The notes below the pieces were generated by a model that was not told the DNA's origin, did not search any database, and was given only the letters and a program-made list of their open reading frames with translations. Source: Micrococcaceae bacterium (GTDB lineage: Bacteria; Actinomycetota; Actinomycetes; Actinomycetales; Micrococcaceae). From it: 64,000 bases of DNA. The DNA lies in NCBI GenBank assembly GCA_052084925.1, contig JBQDEV010000015.1:7795-71794 (forward strand). The letters are read 5' to 3'. The number at the start of each line of letters is the position of its first letter. The first letter of the stretch is position 1. The translations under genes were made by a program, and so were the position numbers. This document shows, piece by piece, positions 52,963 to 60,642 of the stretch.

Positions 52963-55011
52963 CTAGTATACGAACTGGATCGACTTCAGGAGCAACCGTT
53001 CGTAGTAGTGCTCGCTTGCGTCCCAGGAAAACATGGACGGTGTCCTTTGGCTCGATCTGAGACTCTCAACCTGCCTCTTGGAGGCTTCCCCACCCATCGC
53101 CTTCGAGATTTCCTTCGTCGAGGCCCCGGGGAACATGGGGAGGCTAAGTAGAAGAATCGCACGAGCTGTCTCGTGCTCGGGTTGGTGACCGCCTTGCTCG
53201 ATCAGCACCCTTGCCCGATCCAGAAGCCCACGTTTTAGGGCGCTATTCGAGTCAGGGTTCTGGAACCTGCGAAGTAGAGTGAGTACGCCAAATACATCAA
53301 GGTCGCCGATCTTCTTCCCTCGACGCTCGAGGAACGATAGCAAGGTCTCCTCGGGGATCTTCGGATCTACGAATATGAGGCAGTCCAGGAGGAGTAAGGT
53401 GTGCGCTCCGAATGAAGCCTCGTCCTGCACCGCATTAAGCTGCGCAATGATCTCTCGGGCAACTTTGTCGGAAAACTGATCGGTCTCAAGCTTTCCCAAC
53501 CCGTTCACCTTCAGCTCACCCATAGAAGCTGCCACCATCCGTGTCAGTTTCACACTGTGCGACACCGAAGGAGCACCCGAGTAGATGAAGATTGCAACGT
53601 CCAAGACAGCCACAAGGTACTGAACGAGCTTCAACCGAGTTGCATGGATCGTTTTGGGATCTCCGGCTTCGACCGCCGCGTTCAGACACTTCCGGAACGC
53701 TCGGACACTCTTGTCCCTACGACGCCCGAGTTCGTACAGGTAGGAGTTTGCCAACTCACCGTGCTCAAGACCCGTATCCATGAGGAGAGCCTTGTAGTCA
53801 AGGATCGCTTTGCCGGACGGAAAGTACAGGCTGGCTTTCGTCGGTCCAATGTCGGGATCGTACTCATAGTGCGTACGCCGTTTGAGATCCTCGCGGATTC
53901 TCACCTTCGCAACAGACATATGGGATTGCAGCGGCGTATCGAAGTGACGCTGCTTCTGTTCGTTAAGGTGCAGTTTGAAGGTAGACAGCTGCGCAGCAAG
54001 AATCTCCTCGACGCGAGAAGCCATGTGAGGATCAGCCAGGAAGACGAAATAATCGTCCACGTATCGCATGACTTCGTAATTGGTCCCACGATTCAGACCA
54101 ATACTTGCCAGCTCTCGTTCGATCCTTACGTCTACTTCTTGCAGGATGATCTCAGCGAATACTCGCGAAAGCTCAGGTCCGATGATGATCCCGCTGGTCT
54201 CGGCATAGTTGACGTACTGCATGAGGTGATCAAATTTGTCGCCAAACGTTTCCTTGGTACCACGCCTATTTTTGCTGGCGCGGACGCCGTTGGTGACCCA
54301 TGAGACGGTGTGTGTATAAACGCTGTCGAAGCACTTGGAGACGTCTGCGCGCATAAGGTGGGGATATTTGCGTTCGCAGGCCTGGAATTCCGGCGACGAG
54401 TAGAAGCGGTTGATGTTGTTGTATCTACGGTAGCTGAAGTATGAGGAAACGTGCGTGTACTCGAGGTCGGATTGCTCGACGCCGTATGATTCTCGATCGA
54501 TGATGCCGTCAAAAATCGAGCTTGTCTTGGCTTGAAGTCTTGCGACCCTGTGAGGGTGCCTGATTGAGAAGCTACTTCGGTTCGTGTAATAAAGGATCGA
54601 GTCTCGGTGCTCGTGAATAAATGACGCCATTTGCACCATCGAGTGAGGGTGCGGGACCGATAGCTCTCGCGACTTTCCGTTGTTGCGTCGTGATCGGAAC
54701 TTGTAGGGGTGCCGAAGGTCGCAGTTTTTCTTGCCGCCACCACTGAGGTTGAACTCGATTGTCTTGTTGTCGTCAAGGAGGCAGCCCGAGCCTAGGCTGA
54801 TCGGATCGAAGATGAACTCGAGCCAGGATTTCTCAGCCTCACTGAGCCTCGATTTCAGTACGGTGAACTTGTTCTCTCCGGTCCAGTTGAATTTGAGCCA
54901 CCGAAGAAATTCGTATAGTCGCGTGATGTCGAATGGGATCGGCACCTCGTAGGGCAGAATCTCGGATGTCAGCGCACGTAGCGGGTCGCGCTTGGCTACG
55001 CGATACTTCAT
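52963..55011 (-). CDS. Defence-type reverse transcriptase with long helical C-terminal domain (UG/Abi class; UG8-like candidate)
   Basis: RT motifs RADVSKCFDSVYTH, SGIIIGPELSRVFAEIIL, catalytic MRYVDDYFVF, and HLNEQKQ. About 330 aa of alpha-helical C-terminus. No intron maturase or endonuclease domain. Its ATG overlaps the stop of the upstream RT (ATGA). Confidence 0.8.
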   Translation of the reverse strand: MKYRVAKRDPLRALTSEILPYEVPIPFDITRLYEFLRWLKFNWTGENKFTVLKSRLSEAEKSWLEFIFDPISLGSGCLLDDNKTIEFNLSGGGKKNCDLRHPYKFRSRRNNGKSRELSVPHPHSMVQMASFIHEHRDSILYYTNRSSFSIRHPHRVARLQAKTSSIFDGIIDRESYGVEQSDLEYTHVSSYFSYRRYNNINRFYSSPEFQACERKYPHLMRADVSKCFDSVYTHTVSWVTNGVRASKNRRGTKETFGDKFDHLMQYVNYAETSGIIIGPELSRVFAEIILQEVDVRIERELASIGLNRGTNYEVMRYVDDYFVFLADPHMASRVEEILAAQLSTFKLHLNEQKQRHFDTPLQSHMSVAKVRIREDLKRRTHYEYDPDIGPTKASLYFPSGKAILDYKALLMDTGLEHGELANSYLYELGRRRDKSVRAFRKCLNAAVEAGDPKTIHATRLKLVQYLVAVLDVAIFIYSGAPSVSHSVKLTRMVAASMGELKVNGLGKLETDQFSDKVAREIIAQLNAVQDEASFGAHTLLLLDCLIFVDPKIPEETLLSFLERRGKKIGDLDVFGVLTLLRRFQNPDSNSALKRGLLDRARVLIEQGGHQPEHETARAILLLSLPMFPGASTKEISKAMGGEASKRQVESLRSSQRTPSMFSWDASEHYYERLLLKSIQFVY

Positions 55012-56393
55012 CGAGCTCTTCCTTTCCAGATGCTCACGATCTGCTCGATTCGCTTCTGTCGGAACCTGAGAAATGTGTGGTTTGCAAACATCTCAACGAA
55101 CGAGATTTGCGCCATACGATCATTCATCTTCTTGGGCATCTTCGAGGCGTTGCTCTCGAGGAACGTTTGAAGAATCTCATCGAGTTCTGAGAGCTCATCT
55201 GCATCGGGAGCGAGCGCGCTGTTGGAGAAGTAAAGTCCGATAGCGACGTTACTCTTCGAGTTCAGGAGTTTGGTGTTTCCCGCGAGATACCGCACGCGAT
55301 CGAGGAGCAGGCCGTTGTGCCCATCGTTGGGAGAGGCTGGGTTCGGCGAGGTGTCTAACCAGACTTGCAGTGCCTTCTCAAGCCTCAAAACACGTCGCGC
55401 CTTGCGCTTTGTTGTCAGACCGGTAGTGAGACTGCCTCCGGCACGACAGAAGCGGTATCCGAGGTATTCGAGCTCCGTATTCGAAGGATAGTCTCCGCTC
55501 TCGCTGGTGACGAAATCCATCGTCTTTTCTTCGTTGAGAGCAAGCTGGAGCTCGTTCAACTCGGTAACGACTGCGTTCTTCACCTCAATGAGATGGTTCT
55601 CGCTTTCGAGGACCATGATCACGTCGTCTACATAACGTGCGTAGAACAGAACCCCTGGGTGCGTTTTTAGCTTGGAGTCGAAACGACTGAGATACAGCTC
55701 TGCGAGGTGTGAGCTGAGTCCGACGCCTCGCGGTAGCCCGATATTGGACCCTTGAAGTGCTTCGTATTCACTGAGCAAGCGATTGACAAGCTGGATGGTG
55801 ACTCTGTCGAGATCGGCATAAATGGCAAGGCGTTCAGTGAGCACGCTGTGGGGTATGGACTCGAAGAACTCCTTGACATCAACTTTGTAGATGGCATGGA
55901 GATACCCCTTACCGAGAGCTGCCTGGAGTGCTCGCACGATGCTGTTGCGGCTGGGGGCGTCTAATCGTGCAGCGCGCTTGACAGCATCTGCCGCTTGCTT
56001 CGCAGGGTAAGCGATGTACGTCTCAGGGGCGATGCGATAGGTGCGTCTCTGCTTGGGCCCAACCCGGGGACCTTCTCTTAGAGCAAATGTGAACTCGTCT
56101 GCGGACAGCCGTTCTTCAAATTCGAGAAGAGCCTTTTGCATGGCCGCTTCAACAGCCTCGTCGCGTTCTTTACGCAGTTCTTGCCTGTCTTCGCTGTAGT
56201 TTTTTCGTGCGTCGTCGCGAGCCTGTTTGTCTTCAAGTCGAGTGATCTCCTCCAGAAATCGCTCGCGCCTCTCTCGTAACGCCCGGGTCACACGTCGAAC
56301 GTGCGGGTCAATGCGGCTGATGTCCCGCCCACGGCGGTTCTCACTCTCGGCCAGCTCGATGAAGCTGCGAAGCGTGTACGGGATTTTCTTCAC
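55008..56393 (-). CDS. Defence-type reverse transcriptase (UG/Abi class; UG3-like candidate)
   Basis: RT motifs KVDVKEFFESIPH, IGLPRGVGLSSHLAELYL, catalytic YARYVDDVIMV, and ALNEEKT. Charged coiled-coil-like N-terminus. I prefer GTG 56393 (GAGG 7 nt upstream) over the tracked 56486. Confidence 0.8.
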   Translation of the reverse strand: MKKIPYTLRSFIELAESENRRGRDISRIDPHVRRVTRALRERRERFLEEITRLEDKQARDDARKNYSEDRQELRKERDEAVEAAMQKALLEFEERLSADEFTFALREGPRVGPKQRRTYRIAPETYIAYPAKQAADAVKRAARLDAPSRNSIVRALQAALGKGYLHAIYKVDVKEFFESIPHSVLTERLAIYADLDRVTIQLVNRLLSEYEALQGSNIGLPRGVGLSSHLAELYLSRFDSKLKTHPGVLFYARYVDDVIMVLESENHLIEVKNAVVTELNELQLALNEEKTMDFVTSESGDYPSNTELEYLGYRFCRAGGSLTTGLTTKRKARRVLRLEKALQVWLDTSPNPASPNDGHNGLLLDRVRYLAGNTKLLNSKSNVAIGLYFSNSALAPDADELSELDEILQTFLESNASKMPKKMNDRMAQISFVEMFANHTFLRFRQKRIEQIVSIWKGRAR

Positions 56394-56537
56394 GAAGCTA
56401 CCTCGATCCTCGATCTGCCCCCAGGAACACAGATGTGGACGTGAGCGAACAGAGACTCTCGCCGCTGTTGCTTGGCGTCCCACCACTCTGCACTGGGTGC
56501 TTCCGTCCCAGCGCTCCTCAACTCAACCGCTGCGGGC

Positions 56538-57509
56538 TCAGTCATCGACGTCCTCCTTACGGCTACGGTGAGACCGGTCATCGCGCACGCTCTCAGCGCT
56601 TATTGCACCCGCAGCTTCCCAGGCGTGAGAGGCAGGGATCCATCGCAGATCAGAGACGTCGTCCACGATGGCGGGCTCCGCGAAGGCCACACACGTTTTG
56701 AGCAGATCGTCAAATCTCTCTGGCGTGGACTGTTCAAGCCGCTGTTTCCTTCGCCAGATCCCCCACTTCCGCTGCGCCAGGGCAGGCATCCCCGAAAGGA
56801 GCAGGGAGAGTTCCTCAAGCTCAACCTGACGATAGCGAGCAACAACACCGATCGCCTCTTGGAGGTCCGTACCTTCAACGGTTCGGCTCCGGGCGATCGC
56901 GGCGATGTCGGTGAATTCGCGCCAACGTGTGTTCTGCTCACCGCGTTCGAGCGCGGTGACGATCTTCTCCGCGAGCACCATGTGATCGGGATATCCCAGG
57001 AGCCGCAGTGTCCCACCCAAAAGGAGTGGGAGGACCGCTTCTGTGGGTGCAGGCCAGATCGGGTCACCGAAGTTCACATCAATGTGCAGCGCAACCTGTG
57101 CTGTTGACAGCCGGGCAGTTATCTTGACCCGCACGCCGTTGTAGTCTGCTTCGTCACGGATCTGCTCTCCGCTGACGGAGTTCTCATCGAATTCGAGCCC
57201 GTCGTTACGCTGGACCGCGAGGATGTTGCAGACGCGCTGTTCGACCTCGGAGATGTCGTTCGTGAACCCTCGCGCGGCGAAATCGATGTCTCGCGTCGGT
57301 CGGCGTTCGGCGAACGCTGCCAAGAGCACGCCGCCCTTGAGGACAAAGTCTGCGGCGGACTCCGATGCTGCCAGCCGTGCGAGAAAACCTTCCAGCGCAT
57401 AGAGGGTGATGTATTCAGCAGGGTCACGGTTCTGCCGCCGGGCGAGGTTGCGCAGATCGTTGTATGCGCGCCCTGCTGGTGTATCTCTGGAGGGTGTCGG
57501 GGGCGTCAC
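56538..57509 (-). CDS. AbiEii/AbiGii-family nucleotidyltransferase toxin (type IV TA, DUF1814)
   Basis: LKGGVLLAAFAERRPTRDIDFAA ... YNGVRVKITARL ... HIDVNFGDP. GTG 57509 overlaps the AbiEi stop (GTGA). An alternative start is the internal ATG at 57560. Confidence 0.8.
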   Translation of the reverse strand: MTPPTPSRDTPAGRAYNDLRNLARRQNRDPAEYITLYALEGFLARLAASESAADFVLKGGVLLAAFAERRPTRDIDFAARGFTNDISEVEQRVCNILAVQRNDGLEFDENSVSGEQIRDEADYNGVRVKITARLSTAQVALHIDVNFGDPIWPAPTEAVLPLLLGGTLRLLGYPDHMVLAEKIVTALERGEQNTRWREFTDIAAIARSRTVEGTDLQEAIGVVARYRQVELEELSLLLSGMPALAQRKWGIWRRKQRLEQSTPERFDDLLKTCVAFAEPAIVDDVSDLRWIPASHAWEAAGAISAESVRDDRSHRSRKEDVDD

Positions 57510-58084
57510 AGGAGCACCTCCAGTGCTTGACGTATCCGAGGCAATGCTTTCGGGAACCATCCTGCAACCTTGAGTAGCCGCGCGGGCGTGTTTCCTCTCC
57601 GGCGAAGCCACCGTCTCAACGCCTCGTGTGCGACATCGCTGCCTTCTTGGTGCATGAGCCGGAAGCAGTCGACGATGGTCCGCTCCGCCGAATAGATAGC
57701 AACCCCTGCTCCTTCTCCGGCGTCAACGTGTTCTCGTCCGATCTGAAAGGTCTTCGGGTCGAAGCTATGCCAACTTACGTTCTTCAGCCCGGCTGGCTGG
57801 TGGGTTCCGCGTGGCAACGCGATGTCGGAAGCGAAAGGGATCGCATCGCTCAGATCATGGTGCACGAGAGCGCTCGTCAGGCACAGTGTCGCGTCGTCGC
57901 GCAACGCGGTCGCAGCGGCGAGCGCAGTGAAGGCTGGCGGGATGGCCTCAGGTCGCACGTAGACGCCACGCCCCACGCGCTCGATCTCGTCACGGTCGAG
58001 CAGCGAGTAGACCTGGTCCTTGCTGAGCCCCGCTGCGCGCGCGTCCTCCAGCGTGAACGCAGCAGCAAGCTCGTTCTTCGACAC
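57506..58084 (-). CDS. AbiEi-family antitoxin/transcriptional regulator
   Basis: N-terminal wHTH (FTLEDARAAGLSKDQVYSLLDRDEIERVGRGVYV) plus an AbiEi_4-type C-terminal domain. GTG 58084 is preceded by AGGAGG. Confidence 0.8.
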   Translation of the reverse strand: MSKNELAAAFTLEDARAAGLSKDQVYSLLDRDEIERVGRGVYVRPEAIPPAFTALAAATALRDDATLCLTSALVHHDLSDAIPFASDIALPRGTHQPAGLKNVSWHSFDPKTFQIGREHVDAGEGAGVAIYSAERTIVDCFRLMHQEGSDVAHEALRRWLRRRGNTPARLLKVAGWFPKALPRIRQALEVLL

Positions 58085-58090
58085 GGCATC

Positions 58091-58135
58091 CTCCTAACTC
58101 CCAACACATCAAGCGTATCTGTTGGCAGTTAGGAG
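58091..58135. promoter_or_regulatory. 16-bp inverted repeat spanning the AbiEi ribosome-binding site (candidate AbiEi operator or SD-sequestering hairpin)
   Basis: CTCCTAACTCCCAACA-N13-TGTTGGCAGTTAGGAG, 15/16 complementary. One arm contains the complement of the AGGAG Shine-Dalgarno. Confidence 0.55.
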
Positions 58136-58257
58136 AGCAAGAGGATCTATCGTTGGCGCGTCCAGCTTCCGCGACGGAAAGCGCCGTTAAAGGCAGTGGC
58201 ACGCGGGCGGACGCGGGTGAGCCCTGCCCCGGGCAGTGTTTCAACCCCGAGCGTCAG

Positions 58258-58971
58258 TCAGTTGAACTGGAACGTCCGGTAAGAGCTCTGCACGTTGAAA
58301 CGGCGACCCTCCTTCCGTCGCTGAAGGAACCCCGCGACTGTGTCAATGTCTCTCGGGCGCATGCCCAATTCCCGGCACTTTGCGCGCACTTGCTCGACGG
58401 TGATCGGAACCCAGCGATCCGGCCGATTCATCATGTCCGCCTTGAGCTTGTGTTCTTCGTTCCACTTCAATCCTGACGAGTACCCAGCCGCCATAGAGGC
58501 AATGTGCTCGAGAATTCCCTCGACCCCGTTCGGTAGAGGCTCTCGCTCCTGAGCATCGGCTTCCCGAGTCGTCGGCGGCAGAGTTGAGTCGCGCAGAAGT
58601 TGCGCGGGGTTGGCATCTTCGACCCATTCCACTGTCTCTTCCTCGTTCCACTCAATAACGGCAAGCGCATCCGCCTCAACACCCCACAGTTCGTTCAGGT
58701 GCTTACGATCAGGCCAGGCATAGAGGACTCGATGTCCAGCAAGAGCCCCAGTCGAGAGTCCTCGCCAGCTCAGGTGCAGCACCCCAGGTCGGGTGACCAA
58801 GCGTTTCAGGCTGTCGCCGTGGAACTGCTTCTGCGGTGTGACAACCACGACCGACCCGCCGGGCTGCTCGAGCAGCCATTTGATCGCGCGCATGTTCTGT
58901 GGTTCGCGGGATGTCTCACCTTCACTCAATCGAGAGATAGCTACGGGAAACTGGTAAGCGCTGGAAGTCAT
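58258..58971 (-). CDS. Hypothetical protein (no recognisable family)
   Basis: 237 aa. Good RBS (AAGGAG 7 nt upstream of ATG 58971). Two-domain appearance separated by an acidic Pro/Thr linker. Confidence 0.55.
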   Translation of the reverse strand: MTSSAYQFPVAISRLSEGETSREPQNMRAIKWLLEQPGGSVVVVTPQKQFHGDSLKRLVTRPGVLHLSWRGLSTGALAGHRVLYAWPDRKHLNELWGVEADALAVIEWNEEETVEWVEDANPAQLLRDSTLPPTTREADAQEREPLPNGVEGILEHIASMAAGYSSGLKWNEEHKLKADMMNRPDRWVPITVEQVRAKCRELGMRPRDIDTVAGFLQRRKEGRRFNVQSSYRTFQFN

Positions 58972-59089
58972 TGCGCATCTCCTTACGTCGGGTTTGGAAT
59001 GCCCACGCTAATTGCAGCCTCCGACATTCCCTGACAGGAGGATCATCACTCAACGCTGATAGGTCAATCGCTTGTCGATCCTATTGCCA

Positions 59090-60271
59090 TCAGCTTGCCT
59101 TCCCGAATGCTTGTTCCAGGAACTCGGCTGTGATCGGGTTCACTGCCTCGTTGCGGCGAATGTAGTGCTCTCTCGTGATCGATGGGTCGCTGTGGCCGAG
59201 GAGTTCGGAGGCAAGCTGCAGTCCTCCGATTTCGTTGATCGCTGTTGCGGCGGTCCGGCGGAAGCGGTGCGGGGTCACGTCTGCGACCCCGGCTTTATCC
59301 ATGACGTCGCGGAGCTGCCTGCGGACGTTGTTGGTCGTGTGCGGCGTCCCGACACGGGTCGCGAACAGCAGCGCGTCCGGGTGTGTGAAGCGGATCTTCT
59401 TGAGTCGCGCTTTGATCGCACGGAGCGCGAACCCTGGTAGGGCGACTCGTCGAACAGAGCGGGCCGTCTTGGGGTGATCCTGTCGGTGCGTGGGCTCGCC
59501 TTTACGACTCACGATCGTTCCCGAGATCCGCACGGACGGGATCGGAGCGTCCAGATCAAGGTCTCCGAGTCGGATCGCGAGGAGCTCTCCGATGCGGGCG
59601 GAGGTACCGAGCATGACTTCGACGATCTGCCCCAGTTGCCCATCCGGCTTCGGGCCTGCCTTGATCAGGCGTTGCTCCCACGCGCTGATGCCAGTGCGGA
59701 TGGCTTTGAGCTCGTCCCAGGTGAAGATGTCCGGGGTGCGTGCGGGGCGGCGGAGCCGGGAGACATGGTCCATCGGGTTGCGCGGGATGACTTCGTGCCG
59801 CACCGCGAGCGAAAGGACGAGGCGGAGAACGACTCGGGCTTGACGTGCCCGGTTGTAGCTCTTCTTCGCGAGTTGCTTGAGGAAGTAGTCGCAGCGTGCC
59901 ACTCCGATCTCGCGGAGCGTGACCTCTTTGAAGAACGGCAAGACGAGGGTGCGCATGTTGCGCTCGTAGAGCAGCCTGGTCGTTGGCGAGAGCCGATCCT
60001 CGAGATGCATGTCTTCAAGCCAATAGGACACGAGCGCCGGGAAGGAACTGTCTGCGCTCATCCCCGAGAACCCTGGATGGAAGAGATCTCGTTCGGAGAG
60101 CTTCTTCTTCAGCGCGCGCTCCGCGCTGGGCCTGGTCGCACCGGTGACTTGGACGTGTCGCCCCTTCCCATCCCAGTCGCGGTATCGCGTGCGAGCGACG
60201 TATCGTCCACCGTCGGTGCGGCGGGTGGTGATGATGCCGAAGGTTCCGATCGGAGTGCGGGGTCTAGCCAC
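59090..60271 (-). CDS. Tyrosine-type site-specific integrase
   Basis: Arm-binding-like N-terminus (GRYVARTRYRDWDGKGRHV), SAM-like core-binding domain, and catalytic residues in TSARIGELLAIR ... HRFRRTAAT ... LGHSDPSITREHYIRR. GTG 60271 with GGAGG upstream. Confidence 0.88.
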   Translation of the reverse strand: MARPRTPIGTFGIITTRRTDGGRYVARTRYRDWDGKGRHVQVTGATRPSAERALKKKLSERDLFHPGFSGMSADSSFPALVSYWLEDMHLEDRLSPTTRLLYERNMRTLVLPFFKEVTLREIGVARCDYFLKQLAKKSYNRARQARVVLRLVLSLAVRHEVIPRNPMDHVSRLRRPARTPDIFTWDELKAIRTGISAWEQRLIKAGPKPDGQLGQIVEVMLGTSARIGELLAIRLGDLDLDAPIPSVRISGTIVSRKGEPTHRQDHPKTARSVRRVALPGFALRAIKARLKKIRFTHPDALLFATRVGTPHTTNNVRRQLRDVMDKAGVADVTPHRFRRTAATAINEIGGLQLASELLGHSDPSITREHYIRRNEAVNPITAEFLEQAFGKAS

Positions 60272-60394
60272 GAACGCGCACCTCCGCGACCTCGTGAGGG
60301 ATCGGCCAACCTGGAGACTCTGCGCTGTGGAGTTGCTGTTGCATCATTCAATTTTGGGATGCTGCCCATACTTCCTGCGCGCGCCCCTCGCTGA

Positions 60395-60532
60395 GAGGAG
60401 CAGATCGCTGAGGTGGTGCAGCACTACCTCGACGGCCGCAGCAGGCACGATATCGCAGCCGAGTTCAGGGTCAGAACAGCGACAATCTGGCGAACGCCCA
60501 AAGGTGAGAGCGGCGAGTCACGACCGTTAACC
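60395..60532 (+). pseudogene. Start-less remnant resembling a recombinase/transposase HTH domain
   Basis: The frame following a TGA reads EEQIAEVVQHYLDGRSRHDIAAEFRVRTATIWRTPKG... This has an HTH_7/resolvase-like pattern (G-x-S-x-x-x-IA-x-x-F-x-V-x-x-x-T-I-x-R). It lacks a start codon and a catalytic domain. Confidence 0.3.
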
Positions 60533-60642
60533 TGCAGGAGGAAGGCCGACCGGTGAAATTGCGCATACCTCTATTCTTCGCGGGTCGACCGGGCGAAGCT
60601 CGGAGTTCCTCAACGATGAACCGAAAGACGTGTGGCGTGCTC

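Noticed and set aside
53557-54303. 248-aa plus-strand ORF inside the island
   Set aside because: Antisense to RT2, whose RT motifs fix the coding strand.
52963-56486. Interpretation of the RT genes as group II intron, retron or diversity-generating retroelement
   Set aside because: There is no maturase/X or endonuclease domain, and no intron-like structured flanks were noticed. The proteins are much larger than retron RTs and no msr/msd-like repeats are evident upstream. I did not notice a template/variable repeat pair or an Avd-like gene, as a DGR would have. Two tandem RTs fit the UG/Abi defence class instead.
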